This document shows, piece by piece, positions 40,183 through 51,540 of a stretch of 64,000 nt of DNA (its first letter is position 1; every line of letters starts with the position of its first letter). Source of the stretch: a virus (taxonomy: Duplodnaviria; Caudoviricetes); IMG/VR virus record IMGVR_UViG_2541047295_000015, positions 1 to 64,000 of that record; one strand, 5' to 3'. The notes beneath the pieces are model-generated. The model did no database searches and was not told the DNA's origin. It saw only the letters and a program-made list of their open reading frames with translations. The position numbers and the translations under genes are program-made.

Positions 40183-40356
40183 ATGGAAGTAAACATACAA
40201 AATGCATACACAATAGCACTAGAAGAAATAAAAAACTTAACTAATGAAATTATAATATATAAATCATTAAATATACAACAGCAAGAAGAAATTAATAACT
40301 ACAAATTAGAAATAGATAAATTAAAAAAAAAAAAAATAAAAATCAATAGGATGTGA
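40183..40356 (+). CDS. 57-aa coiled-coil protein
   Basis: RBS aggaggg; MEVNIQNAYTIALEEIKNL...; contains a 14-A run. Confidence 0.55.
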   Translation: MEVNIQNAYTIALEEIKNLTNEIIIYKSLNIQQQEEINNYKLEIDKLKKKKIKINRM

Positions 40357-40360
40357 TACT

Positions 40361-43300
40361 TTGAGAAATTATGAAATAAAAAATTATCCTTTAGTATTAG
40401 ATTTTAGTAACTATAGAATAAATAAAAGTCTCGTAGATTCATTTATTTATGATGAAAATGATACAAACACAGCAGTAATAACAGTAGAACTTAAAAATAA
40501 TGATAAATCAATTGATTTATCAGTTTATGATTACATAACTCTAAACATAAAAAAAAATGATGGAACAACAATTGATCAACAATGTAAGATCATAGATGAA
40601 TCTAAAGGAATAGTAGAAATAATATTTTCAAAACAAGCACTATTATGTTCAGGTCTAAACTCATTTCAAATAGCACTAATAAATGAAGAAAGTCAGATAT
40701 TCTCTCCAAAAGTTTTCTATAGAGTAGAAGAAGGCGTTTTAAATGATAGTGATATAGTAAGTTCAGATGAATACTCAGTTTTGATGATTCTTATATCTCA
40801 ATATAAAGATAGTTTAAAAGAACTGAAAGATTTAAAAATAAAAATAGAAAATCTTGAAATTACTATACTTAAAAATGAAGAATTAAGAGACTCAGCAGAA
40901 CAAGAAAGAATAGCCTCAGAAATTATTAGAAAAGATCAAGAAATTATTCGTCAAAATCAAGAAATAGAGAGACAAAAATCTATACAAGAAATGGAATCAG
41001 AAATTGATGATAAAATTACTGACATTCAATATGAATTTGATGAAAAAGCCCAACAAATAACTGATGATATCAATGAAACTAAAGAAAGTTTAATTGAAGA
41101 TATAACAAATACTAAAGATAATATAAATCAAGACATATTGACAACTAAAACTGATTTAATAAATTCAGTTAATTCTACCAAAGAAACTCTAGTTACAGAA
41201 GTAACAACAGTCAAAACTGACTTAACAAATTCATTTAATGAAACCAGAGATAATGTAATTGCTGATATTTCAACAACTAAAACTGATCTAATAAACTCAA
41301 TTAATTCTACTAAAGAAACTTTAACTACAGAAGTTACAACAGCCAAAACTGACTTAATTAATTCTGTAAATACATCTAAAGATACTATGGAAAATAAAGT
41401 ACAAGAAGCCATAGATGCGATTCCACCAAAAGACGAGTTGAAGGGTAAAGATGGACTTGGATTAGAGATAAAAGGTAGTGTAGATACTGTAGATCAGTTA
41501 CCAATAGACCCAACTATAAGCGATACTTATTTCGTTGGTTATGATCTATATATATATGATGGTGCTGAATGGAAAATAATAAAAGATTTAAGAGTTAAAG
41601 GAGATAAGGGTGATACTGGTTTAACAGGAAAAAGTATAGAGTTTATATGGGATAATACTCAGTTAGGTATTCGTCAAGAAGGATCAACTGAATATGTATA
41701 TGTAAATTTAAAAGGAGATACTGGAGAACAAGGATTATCTCCATATGATTTAGCAAAGTTAAATGGATTTGAAGGTACAGAATTAGAATGGTTAAATTCA
41801 TTAAAAGGATTGGACGGATTTACACCAACAATTGGAGGAAATGGTAATTGGTTTATTAATAATGTTGATACAGGACAATCCTCAATTGGGTTAAAAGGCG
41901 ATCAGGGAGATAAAGGTGATATTGGTATCACAGGAAAATCAGCTTATGATGTTGCTATAGAAAATGGATTTGAGGGAACAAAAGATGAATGGTTATTATC
42001 CTTAAAAGGTGAAGAAGGAGATACTCCATTAATAGGTGAAAATGGAAATTGGTTTATAAATGGAGAAGATACTGGTAAACAATCAAAAGGTGATAAGGGA
42101 GATATAGGAAGTGGTTTAGAAATAAAAGGATCTTTTGACACCATAAATGAATTACCATCAGAAGGAATAATTGGAGATGCTTATCTGGTACAACAGCACT
42201 TATATGTTTGGGACAAGATAAAGAAATGGGTGGATTGTGGTATAATTCAAGGCCCCCCTGGTAAAGATGGAGCTTCTACTTGGGATGACATATTAGACAA
42301 GCCAGAAACATTTAATCCTACAAAGCATACACACTTAATGAGTGATATAACAGGATTAAAATTGGATGCAGATACTGTCACATATAACAATAAAATTAGT
42401 AATTTAGATTCCATAAATGTTCAAAAAGCAATTGATGAATTAAAAGGGATTGTGGATAGTAAATCTGATTCTATTATGTATACCAAAATTATTGAGCAAA
42501 ATGAATGGAAACATACAAATGATTTGTACTCAATAGAAATTCCACATAATTTATCTTCTAAAAACTTATTTATTAGTATATTAAACAATGATACTAATAT
42601 AAATTTGATTTCTTCTTATAAGATAATTGATATAGATACAATTGAGATATACAATGACGAAGCAATTAATGCCACTGTTGTTGTTTTAGGAAATAGCTCT
42701 AATGTATCATATATACCAGTAATTGGAGACAATGGAAATTGGTTTATAAACAATGTTGATACAAAAAAAAGTTCTATTGGAATTACTGGTGAAAAAGGTG
42801 ATAAAGGGGAACAAGGAAATATAGGATTAACAGGTGATAATGGTAAATCAGCCTATGAAATTGCACTTGAAGATGGATTTGTTGGTTCTAAAGATGAATG
42901 GTTACTATCTTTAAAAGGTGATGAAGGTATAACACCGATGATTGGTGATAATGGTAACTGGTTTCTTGGAAATATTGATACAGGAAAAGTATCAAAGGGT
43001 GAAAAAGGTGATGTTGGAACTGGATTAGAAATAAAAGGAGCATTTGATACTGTAGAAGAGCTTCCTCAAGAAGGCAATACTGGTGATGCTTACTTAATTC
43101 AAAGACATCTATATATCTGGGATAACATAAAAAAATGGGTAGATTGTGGCGTAATTCAAGGTGAAAAAGGTGAAAATGGAACATCTAACTGGGAAAATAT
43201 ATTAAATAAACCAGACAAATTTAATCCAAGCAAGCATATTCATGCTATGGATGATATAGAAGGACTAAAGTTAAGTGCAGATACTGTTACATATAATAAT

Positions 43301-44674
43301 GAAACAAGTAATTTAAAAGCTGTAAATTTACAAAAAGCTATAGATGAATTAAAAAGTGAAATAGATACTAAATCTGAGTTAATGATTCATACTCAAAATA
43401 TAACATTAGATAATTGGTTAGAAAAAGATGATTTATATTATATAGAAATAAATCATAATCTCTCTTCTAAGAACTTATTTATTAGTATCTTAAATATTGA
43501 TACCAATATAAATCTAATAACTTCATATAAAATTATCAACGATAATACCATTAATATATATAATGATACGCCTGTTAATGCAAATGTTTTAGTAATATCA
43601 GACAATATAAACATAAATTATTTGCCAACTATAGGTGAGAATGGTAACTGGCATATCAATAATATTGATACAGGAAAAAGCTCAATTGGTAAATCAGGTC
43701 TAAAAGGTGATAAGGGAGACATAGGTTTAACTGGTGCTACTGGCAAATCTGGTATAACTCCAACGATTGGAAATAATGGTAATTGGTTTCTTGGTGATAC
43801 TGATACTGGTAAAAGTTCAATAGGGAAAACTGGTTCTAAGGGTGACACTGGTAAATCAGCCTATGAAATTGCACTTGAAGATGGATTTGTTGGTTCTAAA
43901 GAAGATTGGTTATTATCCTTAAAAGGCAATAAAGGAGACAAGGGTGATGTTGGCAATGAAGGAAAAACAGCGTATGATGTTGCACTTGAGGAGGGATTTG
44001 TTGGAACAAAAGAAGATTGGCTCAACTCATTAAAAGGAAATAAAGGTGATATTGGTATAACTGGTACAAATGGAGATTCAGCATATGAAATTGCATTAAA
44101 AAATGGATTTTCAGGTAATTCTGAAGAATGGTTAATTTCACTAAAAGGTGATAAGGGCGATATTGGTGTAACTGGTAAATCTGCCTATGAGATTGCATCT
44201 GAAAATGGATTTTTAGGTAATATTACAGAATGGCTAAGTTCTTTAAAAGGTAATAAAGGAGACAAAGGTGATTCTGGAGTATCAAATTGGAATGATATTA
44301 GTGGAAAACCTAGTTCTTTTAATCCCTCTTCTCATAATCATGGATGTACTTCTAACAAGTCTCCCACTAGCGGTTATATTTCATTAGGTTCAGATTTAGG
44401 AGGATTAATAATAGAATGGACTCAAATTAAATTATCATTCACAGGTGCTGATACCAAAAGAGGTGGTGGAAATTTACCTATAGCATTTCCTAATGCATGT
44501 ATTGGTTTATACAGTGCTATATCTTCAGCTGGAGATAATGCATGCTTTTCTCATGGAGTTGCAAAAGAAAGTGGCCTAACATCTACAAAGTTTGGTTATC
44601 ATGTTAAAGCAGCAGGTTCAGTCGCTGATATAGAAGGATCACTTACTTTATATATACTTGCAATTGGGTATTAG
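40361..44674 (+). CDS. BppU-like baseplate / tail fibre protein with collagen-like repeats
   Basis: N-terminal BppU-type domain; KGDKGD, GKSAY.IA...GF.G...EWL.SL and IG.NGNWF repeats; C-terminal GLIIEW...PIAFPNAC...AIGY fibre tip. Confidence 0.8.
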   Translation: MRNYEIKNYPLVLDFSNYRINKSLVDSFIYDENDTNTAVITVELKNNDKSIDLSVYDYITLNIKKNDGTTIDQQCKIIDESKGIVEIIFSKQALLCSGLNSFQIALINEESQIFSPKVFYRVEEGVLNDSDIVSSDEYSVLMILISQYKDSLKELKDLKIKIENLEITILKNEELRDSAEQERIASEIIRKDQEIIRQNQEIERQKSIQEMESEIDDKITDIQYEFDEKAQQITDDINETKESLIEDITNTKDNINQDILTTKTDLINSVNSTKETLVTEVTTVKTDLTNSFNETRDNVIADISTTKTDLINSINSTKETLTTEVTTAKTDLINSVNTSKDTMENKVQEAIDAIPPKDELKGKDGLGLEIKGSVDTVDQLPIDPTISDTYFVGYDLYIYDGAEWKIIKDLRVKGDKGDTGLTGKSIEFIWDNTQLGIRQEGSTEYVYVNLKGDTGEQGLSPYDLAKLNGFEGTELEWLNSLKGLDGFTPTIGGNGNWFINNVDTGQSSIGLKGDQGDKGDIGITGKSAYDVAIENGFEGTKDEWLLSLKGEEGDTPLIGENGNWFINGEDTGKQSKGDKGDIGSGLEIKGSFDTINELPSEGIIGDAYLVQQHLYVWDKIKKWVDCGIIQGPPGKDGASTWDDILDKPETFNPTKHTHLMSDITGLKLDADTVTYNNKISNLDSINVQKAIDELKGIVDSKSDSIMYTKIIEQNEWKHTNDLYSIEIPHNLSSKNLFISILNNDTNINLISSYKIIDIDTIEIYNDEAINATVVVLGNSSNVSYIPVIGDNGNWFINNVDTKKSSIGITGEKGDKGEQGNIGLTGDNGKSAYEIALEDGFVGSKDEWLLSLKGDEGITPMIGDNGNWFLGNIDTGKVSKGEKGDVGTGLEIKGAFDTVEELPQEGNTGDAYLIQRHLYIWDNIKKWVDCGVIQGEKGENGTSNWENILNKPDKFNPSKHIHAMDDIEGLKLSADTVTYNNETSNLKAVNLQKAIDELKSEIDTKSELMIHTQNITLDNWLEKDDLYYIEINHNLSSKNLFISILNIDTNINLITSYKIINDNTINIYNDTPVNANVLVISDNININYLPTIGENGNWHINNIDTGKSSIGKSGLKGDKGDIGLTGATGKSGITPTIGNNGNWFLGDTDTGKSSIGKTGSKGDTGKSAYEIALEDGFVGSKEDWLLSLKGNKGDKGDVGNEGKTAYDVALEEGFVGTKEDWLNSLKGNKGDIGITGTNGDSAYEIALKNGFSGNSEEWLISLKGDKGDIGVTGKSAYEIASENGFLGNITEWLSSLKGNKGDKGDSGVSNWNDISGKPSSFNPSSHNHGCTSNKSPTSGYISLGSDLGGLIIEWTQIKLSFTGADTKRGGGNLPIAFPNACIGLYSAISSAGDNACFSHGVAKESGLTSTKFGYHVKAAGSVADIEGSLTLYILAIGY
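41824..43700 (+). repeat. Internal ~900-bp (about 300 aa) tandem duplication in the fibre gene
   Basis: Units start near 41824, 42716 and 43624 (partial): PxIGxNGNWF...GLEIKG.FDT...HNLSSKNLFISILN. Confidence 0.8.
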
Positions 44675-44702
44675 AATCTATAACTTCTAGAAGGAGGTAA
44701 AA

Positions 44703-45014
44703 ATGAGAAAGATATTTAAGATGGGTCTGAAAAAAGATTTAAAATCATTCAATGGATTTTATATAGAAGACATCCATAAAAATAATATACCTAAGTCTTA
44801 TATAAATATTGCAGAAGATCTTTGGAGTTATTTATTAGAACTAGGTGATTTTAAATTTATAGGAGATTATAAAACAAAAAAAGATTTATATACTGTTCAA
44901 GAAAAAGATGAGTTTGAAAAAATTATTCCAGATTCTTATTCTGAAAATAACATAGCCTTAGAAGATAGAATTTCTGCAATTGAACAAGCAATATTAGCCA
45001 TATTATTAAAATAA
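44703..45014 (+). CDS. Tail fibre assembly-like protein
   Basis: 103 aa after the fibre gene; ends LEDRISAIEQAI. Confidence 0.55.
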   Translation: MRKIFKMGLKKDLKSFNGFYIEDIHKNNIPKSYINIAEDLWSYLLELGDFKFIGDYKTKKDLYTVQEKDEFEKIIPDSYSENNIALEDRISAIEQAILAILLK

Positions 45015-45033
45015 TTGACTGGAGGTGAGTTAA

Positions 45034-45198
45034 ATGAACTCATTATATAACTTTCTACTTAATATGTGGAAAATTGGTAATATAGATGAAAAATATATAA
45101 ACACTATGTCATCTAATAAAATTATCACATCAGAGGAAAGAGATATGATAATCTCTACATCTAAAATAAAATGTAAAGGAGTAGATAATATTGGATAG
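45034..45198 (+). CDS. XkdX-like small protein
   Basis: ggaggtga RBS; MNSLYNFLLNMW...IITSEE..MII. Confidence 0.55.
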   Translation: MNSLYNFLLNMWKIGNIDEKYINTMSSNKIITSEERDMIISTSKIKCKGVDNIG

Positions 45199-46327
45199 TA
45201 ATAAAATTTTAAAGTTACAGGCTGAAGATATAAAATATAATAATGTTATTAGTGGATTAAATTCCACTAATACTAAAGAAGCAATAGATGAATTAAGGAA
45301 TTTAATAAGGCAACCTGATTCTATCTATAGTGCAACATTAGACATTGATTTAAATGACTGGAAATTAAAAGATGATTTTTATTATAAATCTATAAAGCAT
45401 AACTTAGATTCTAAATGTTTATTGGTAAGCATAATAGAAAAAAACACACAAAATAGTTTATTGTGTTCATATAAAATAGTTGACAATGACACAATTGAAA
45501 TATTTAATGAAATTGTTATTAATGCAACTATAAATATAGTAGGTATCAACACAGATATAACACCTATTCCAAGTATAGGTGAAAATGGTAACTGGTTTAT
45601 AAATGGAGAAGATACTGGTAAGTCATCTAAAGGAAATAAAGGTGATATTGGCAATGAAGGAAAATCTGCATATGAAACATGGAGAGGTATATCTCAAAAT
45701 AAAGATAAAACTGTCCAAGAATTTATAGAGAGTCTAAAAGGGAGTAAAGGCGATACTGGGGTAACACCTTCAATCGGAAAAAATGGCAATTGGTTTATAG
45801 GTGAAAATGATACTGGTAAACCATCTAGGGGAGAAATTGGAGATTTAAATATTGACACAAACTTTAGCGAACTAGAAACTGAAAGTAAAAAAATTCTTGA
45901 AGCCATAAATGAAATTAATAAAAAAGCTGTAGATTCTAATGGAGATATAACTGGAGATATAGCTGTTGAATTAGCTATATTAAAAAATAACTATGCTATA
46001 CTTCTAAATAAAATGTTAGATTTTTCAATAGAAATGGATTTAGAACAAAATGCTACAATAGATGAAGCTGGATACTGGTATGATACATTAAAAGATAATA
46101 AAAATATAATAGCTATGAATGATTTAAAATTAGATACAATAGGAAAATGTATAAGGGGTATTTATGGAAGTGTAACATTTCGAAATATTGAGATTCCTTT
46201 TATATCCAATAAACTTAGATATATTCATGAATTAAATAATAACTCAATTGATAATATTGTAAGTCAAACTTATCCTAAAGATTCTACCCAAATTAATTTA
46301 GGAAAATATAAATATAAAATAAGATAA
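45191..46327 (+). CDS. Fibre adaptor protein with collagen-like repeats
   Basis: Shares the HNL..K.L..SI domain and NGNWF repeats with the 40361 gene; LETESKKILEAINEI; DEAGYWYDTL. Confidence 0.65.
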   Translation: MDSNKILKLQAEDIKYNNVISGLNSTNTKEAIDELRNLIRQPDSIYSATLDIDLNDWKLKDDFYYKSIKHNLDSKCLLVSIIEKNTQNSLLCSYKIVDNDTIEIFNEIVINATINIVGINTDITPIPSIGENGNWFINGEDTGKSSKGNKGDIGNEGKSAYETWRGISQNKDKTVQEFIESLKGSKGDTGVTPSIGKNGNWFIGENDTGKPSRGEIGDLNIDTNFSELETESKKILEAINEINKKAVDSNGDITGDIAVELAILKNNYAILLNKMLDFSIEMDLEQNATIDEAGYWYDTLKDNKNIIAMNDLKLDTIGKCIRGIYGSVTFRNIEIPFISNKLRYIHELNNNSIDNIVSQTYPKDSTQINLGKYKYKIR

Positions 46328-46340
46328 AGAGGTGTTTTTA

Positions 46341-49300
46341 TTGATAAAAAAAACAAAATTATTTCAAAGAGGAAAATATTTTAATAATGATAGCATAAAT
46401 TTAAATAAGTTTGATAGAACTTATGATTCATTTAATTTTGTAGGTTTTTTTACTGGATATGCAGATGTTAGTTTTGCATTAGACAAAAATAATAATGCTT
46501 ATGCTTGTGGAAACAATACTGAGTACATGTTAGGTTTAGGTAAAGATACTAAAACTGTTAAAACATTTACAAAACTCCCAGTAAGTAATGTCAAAATGAT
46601 AGCTGTTGGTACAAATCATGCCTTATTATTAACTAATGATGGGTTTGTCTATGCAGCAGGTAGAAATGACAAAAACCAATTCGGAATTGGTAAACTTCCA
46701 GATACAATATATTATGAGTTTACTAAATTATCTCTACAAAATGTAAAATATATAGCTTGCGGAGAAGGTTCTTCTTATTATATAGATAATGATAATTTGG
46801 CATATTCATGTGGCAATAATAATTATGGTCAATTAGGTTTAGGAACAAATGCTGATATAAAAGATACACTTAATAGAGATACATTTACAAAAATTAATAT
46901 AGATAATGTTAAATCGATTTATACATCTTTATATAGTGCATATATAATTAAAAATGATAGTACATGCTATTCTTGTGGATTTAATGGATCTGGACAACTT
47001 GGTTTAGGTGATAATAATAATAGAGATATATTTACAAAAATTAATATAGACAATGTAAAAAAAATAAGTGTTGGTTCAAATCATACAGCTTTATTAAAAG
47101 ATAATAATGAACTATATTTTACTGGATATAATTCTAATGGAGAATATGGAGATAATACTATTATAAGTAAAAATATATTTACTCTATCTAACGAAAAAAA
47201 TATACTAGATGTAAATTGTTCATATAATCATACTTTTATTCTAAAAAATGATGGAAGTTTATATAGTGCTGGTTACAATAAATATGGAGAATCTTTAATA
47301 GATAATAAATACGATATTATAAATACAATAACATACACTAAAGTAACAGATAATATAAAAAGTATCTATAGTAGTAAACAACATTCATTTCTAATAGATA
47401 AAGATAATAATATTCTAGTTGGTGGGTTAAATAACTTTAATCAATTAGGATGCTTTTTTAATGAAATGATTATATATTCTCCTACTAAGTTTAATTTTCA
47501 TAATACAGATAATATAAAAAATATATTTAAATATAAAGATAAAATAATGTTAACAAAAGATAGCTGTGAAATACAAAATGTAAAACTATATGATAATTTT
47601 CATGACTATAAACAGATTCTTTTAACAGATTATACTATGTTTATATTATTAAATAACGGAAATTTATACGCATGTGGATATAATATTAATGGACAACTTG
47701 GATTAGGAGATACAAAAAATAGGTCAATATTCTGTAAAGTTCCTGTTGATAATGTAAAAGAAGTTTACTCTGATAGGCTTGGATATACTACATTTATAAT
47801 GAAAAATGATGGTTCTATATGGTCTTGTGGATTAAATACTAGTGGTCAATTAGGGGTAGGAGATAAACTTAATAAAAGCTTATTTCAATTTGTTAATGTT
47901 AGTAATATACAACAAATATGCATCGAATCTAATTATACAATGATTTTAACAACTGAAGGAACTCTTTTAGGCAGTGGTAATAATTCATATGTTTTAAAGA
48001 ATAATAATGTTTCTATTTTTACAAATCAAATGGATAATTTAAGTATAAAAATAAAAAAAATCGCATCTTATGATAATAATTTTTATTTAATTGAAGATTC
48101 TACTCATTATTTATATGTTAAAGGTTTAAATAATTATTATGAACTAGGACTTGATAATACAAGTACTTATTCATCTTTTGTTAAAGTATCTAATTTATAT
48201 TATAGTAATAGTAGCCTGCCTTGTGTAATAAAAGATGTTATTCCAGTATATAAAGGCTGTGTAGTAATTAATATGAATGATAGAATGTTTACAACTGGTT
48301 ATAGTTATATGGATTACACAGCATCAAATTCTGATAATACTTCTTCTGTAAAATGTTACCGTTTTGGAACTAAAAGAGCTTACAATGCTGTTGTTGATTT
48401 TTCAACAAGATTCTTTGAAGACTATAATAGATTAAACCAACAATATGATTCAAAATTTTTATCTAATAATGCAATAGGATTAATAAAAGCAAAAGATTCA
48501 AATAGTTATTGGGGATGTTTTTTTGAAGCGGATTACTATGACCCTCAGTTTAATGCTGACAATATAGCTGTTTTAAACTATTTCATATTGTATTCAGATA
48601 GTAGTGGTCTTAAAATTCGTCCTAATCAATATAATAAACTCAATTATGGTTATATAGAATCATATCCTATAAAAAATGTAAAAGATATTATAAGTACACA
48701 AACTAGTTCTATAATAATAGATAGCAATAACAACATATATTGTATTGGAATAAATTATTATAATAAATTTGGAATAGGAAACACAGGACATCATGCTTAT
48801 ACAAACAGATTAGTTAATATAACAGACCAATATAATTCTTATATTACTATGGATGAGATAAAAAAAATAGAAACATCTGACTATGCAACATTTATATTAA
48901 AAAAAGATGGTTCTCTATTTTCATGTGGCGATAATGAATATGGTCAATTAGGTTTAGGAGATACAATTAATAAAAATGAATTTACACAAGTTCCGATAGA
49001 TGATGTAAAAGATATAATTATTAGTAGTGCTACTTCTTTTGTAATAAAAAATGATAATACTATATATTCATGTGGTAAAAATGATAAAGGTCAGTTAGGG
49101 TTAAATGATACTAACAATAGAAATATATTTACTGAAATTGATACTAGTTTTAATACTTCTCCCATAAAAAAAATATCATGTGCACCTAGTAATAGTTTCT
49201 TATTATTTGAAAATGGATTAGTATACTGCTGTGGAGATAATACTCATGGTCAATTAGGAATTGGTACTTTTGGAAATAACGAAAATAAATTGAAATTTGA

Positions 49301-51521
49301 TTTAATTAATATTAATGATATAAGAGATCTTTATTGTAGTTCTAGTATCTTAGCAGTTATAAACAATAATAATGAATTGTATATGTGTGGTGATAATACA
49401 TATGGACAAATTGGAATGGGTACTCAAACTAGACAACTTACACTTATTAAAAAAGGGCAAAATATAAAAGAAGTGATAATTGCAGGATTAAATACTTTTA
49501 TAATTTCATATCAAAATACTTGTAGTGTTACTGGTAAAAATAGTAATAAATGTTTAGGATTAGATATGAATTCTACTATTACAACTTTTAATGAATTATC
49601 ATTGCAAAATGTAAAAAAAATAGTTTGTAATAGCAACACAACTTTATTTTTAACACTAGATAATAAATTATATTCTGCTGGTCATAAAAATTATGGTTCA
49701 ACTCATGCTAATTCTACTTATACTTTAATAAAAGAAAATGTAAAAGATATTTTTAATGATAGTGAATGCTGTTATTATATAGATATGAATAACAATTTAT
49801 TTGGTAGTGGTACTAATTCATTTGGGCAATTAGGACAATGTAGTACTGGTGTAATAGCTTCATATATTAAAATAAGAAGTAATGTTAAAATGTTATATAC
49901 TAATGCGTATTCTATTTATATTCAAAAAAATACAAATGATTTTGAAGTTTGTGGTTCTAACACCAAAGGACAATTAGGAATAGAAAATACCTATGAAAGC
50001 AGATATAACAATTATAATTATTGTACAGAACCTGTCCCTTTACCTTTTGTAATGGGAGATATAATAGATATTAAAAAAGAATATAATTATCTATTAATTA
50101 ATAATAAAGTAATAGTCCCTACAGATACAGATATAAATTATTCAAATATATTTGGTGATACATATATAGAATATGAATACATATCATTACCATTTGATAA
50201 TATAAAAGAAGTAGCCATATCTAGAACACATGTAATAGTTCTATTAGAAAATGGAGAAGTCTATGGATGTGGTTCTAATGAATATGGAGAATTATTTAAA
50301 GAATTAACAGTAAAAAGGTATGACAACTTTACTAAATTAGATATAACTCACATTAAACATATAGCATGTGGAAATAACTTTACATATTATATAGATTCAA
50401 TAGATAATAGTTTAAAATGTATAGGAAAAAATACTAATTATGAATTAGGATTAGGACATAATGAAACTGTAAACACAGTTCAAACTATATCTTCTGTTAC
50501 TAATTTAAAAGACATAAAGATAACAAATAATTACATTCTTGCTCTAACAGAAAATAATATTTTATTTGCACAAGGATTAAACATTAATTGCTGTTTTGGA
50601 TTAGGATTAGATACAAAAGATGTAGTATACAAATTATTTATAAAAATAGCAGATAATATAAAAGAATTAACACAAATAGATGATAATAATATATTTTATA
50701 TAGATAATAATAACAATTTACAAGTTGCAGGTAAAAACACCCCAGCTTTTCATATAGATGATGCATTATATTACATATCTAGTTTTTCACCAATTCCATT
50801 AGATGAAATAGATAATATAGTTGATATGTTATCAACTGATGATACTTTATATATAATATCAAGAATTTCATCAGAAGATACTAATATAGAATTAGTAGGT
50901 AAAACATTAAATTCTGTTAGGGTAAATATACAAGACGTAAACAATGATATAACAAAAGTAGAAATGATTATAAATGGAGAATCCATAGAAACACTATCTA
51001 AAACAAGTGTTGATTCAATTATATTCAATATACCAAAAGATAAATTAAAAATAGGTAGCAATAGAATAATGTTTAAAGCCTATTCTAAATATGAAAACCT
51101 ATATGATACTATGTTTATATATAAAGAATCAACAGGTAATGAGAATATTATTGGAAGTTCAATTTTAATAAACAATAAAATTTATAAAATATCAGATGTT
51201 ATAGATCAAGATATAGATGACATCATAATCATATTAGATAGAGGTTTAGAAGATGAATTACAATCTGAAGATACCATATCTATATTATTGAATAACATAA
51301 AAGTTCAAGTAAGAACAAATAAAACTGGACTTTTTAAAGATATCTTATTAAAAGAAATCAAAAAAGTTGATTCTGGATACCAAGAAATCTATGAATTCGA
51401 AGAATCAAATATGTCTATGGTACAACCAAGGATAATAGTTGAAAAAGGTGATAAATGGACGTCTATAAAAAGGCCTTCAATATTACTAAGCTATGATCCA
51501 TCACAATTCCAACAAAACTAA
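46341..51521 (+). CDS. Giant RCC1-repeat receptor-binding protein, diffocin RBP-like
   Basis: Many CG.N..GQLGLG RCC1 repeats; likely TTG start after agaggtg. Confidence 0.8.
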   Translation: MIKKTKLFQRGKYFNNDSINLNKFDRTYDSFNFVGFFTGYADVSFALDKNNNAYACGNNTEYMLGLGKDTKTVKTFTKLPVSNVKMIAVGTNHALLLTNDGFVYAAGRNDKNQFGIGKLPDTIYYEFTKLSLQNVKYIACGEGSSYYIDNDNLAYSCGNNNYGQLGLGTNADIKDTLNRDTFTKINIDNVKSIYTSLYSAYIIKNDSTCYSCGFNGSGQLGLGDNNNRDIFTKINIDNVKKISVGSNHTALLKDNNELYFTGYNSNGEYGDNTIISKNIFTLSNEKNILDVNCSYNHTFILKNDGSLYSAGYNKYGESLIDNKYDIINTITYTKVTDNIKSIYSSKQHSFLIDKDNNILVGGLNNFNQLGCFFNEMIIYSPTKFNFHNTDNIKNIFKYKDKIMLTKDSCEIQNVKLYDNFHDYKQILLTDYTMFILLNNGNLYACGYNINGQLGLGDTKNRSIFCKVPVDNVKEVYSDRLGYTTFIMKNDGSIWSCGLNTSGQLGVGDKLNKSLFQFVNVSNIQQICIESNYTMILTTEGTLLGSGNNSYVLKNNNVSIFTNQMDNLSIKIKKIASYDNNFYLIEDSTHYLYVKGLNNYYELGLDNTSTYSSFVKVSNLYYSNSSLPCVIKDVIPVYKGCVVINMNDRMFTTGYSYMDYTASNSDNTSSVKCYRFGTKRAYNAVVDFSTRFFEDYNRLNQQYDSKFLSNNAIGLIKAKDSNSYWGCFFEADYYDPQFNADNIAVLNYFILYSDSSGLKIRPNQYNKLNYGYIESYPIKNVKDIISTQTSSIIIDSNNNIYCIGINYYNKFGIGNTGHHAYTNRLVNITDQYNSYITMDEIKKIETSDYATFILKKDGSLFSCGDNEYGQLGLGDTINKNEFTQVPIDDVKDIIISSATSFVIKNDNTIYSCGKNDKGQLGLNDTNNRNIFTEIDTSFNTSPIKKISCAPSNSFLLFENGLVYCCGDNTHGQLGIGTFGNNENKLKFDLININDIRDLYCSSSILAVINNNNELYMCGDNTYGQIGMGTQTRQLTLIKKGQNIKEVIIAGLNTFIISYQNTCSVTGKNSNKCLGLDMNSTITTFNELSLQNVKKIVCNSNTTLFLTLDNKLYSAGHKNYGSTHANSTYTLIKENVKDIFNDSECCYYIDMNNNLFGSGTNSFGQLGQCSTGVIASYIKIRSNVKMLYTNAYSIYIQKNTNDFEVCGSNTKGQLGIENTYESRYNNYNYCTEPVPLPFVMGDIIDIKKEYNYLLINNKVIVPTDTDINYSNIFGDTYIEYEYISLPFDNIKEVAISRTHVIVLLENGEVYGCGSNEYGELFKELTVKRYDNFTKLDITHIKHIACGNNFTYYIDSIDNSLKCIGKNTNYELGLGHNETVNTVQTISSVTNLKDIKITNNYILALTENNILFAQGLNINCCFGLGLDTKDVVYKLFIKIADNIKELTQIDDNNIFYIDNNNNLQVAGKNTPAFHIDDALYYISSFSPIPLDEIDNIVDMLSTDDTLYIISRISSEDTNIELVGKTLNSVRVNIQDVNNDITKVEMIINGESIETLSKTSVDSIIFNIPKDKLKIGSNRIMFKAYSKYENLYDTMFIYKESTGNENIIGSSILINNKIYKISDVIDQDIDDIIIILDRGLEDELQSEDTISILLNNIKVQVRTNKTGLFKDILLKEIKKVDSGYQEIYEFEESNMSMVQPRIIVEKGDKWTSIKRPSILLSYDPSQFQQN

Positions 51522-51540
51522 ATAATAATAGGAGGTAAGA

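Noticed and set aside
40323-40336. 14-A run as a phase-variation switch
   Set aside because: It lies at the very end of a 57-aa ORF, so length changes would alter only a few terminal residues; may also be a homopolymer artefact
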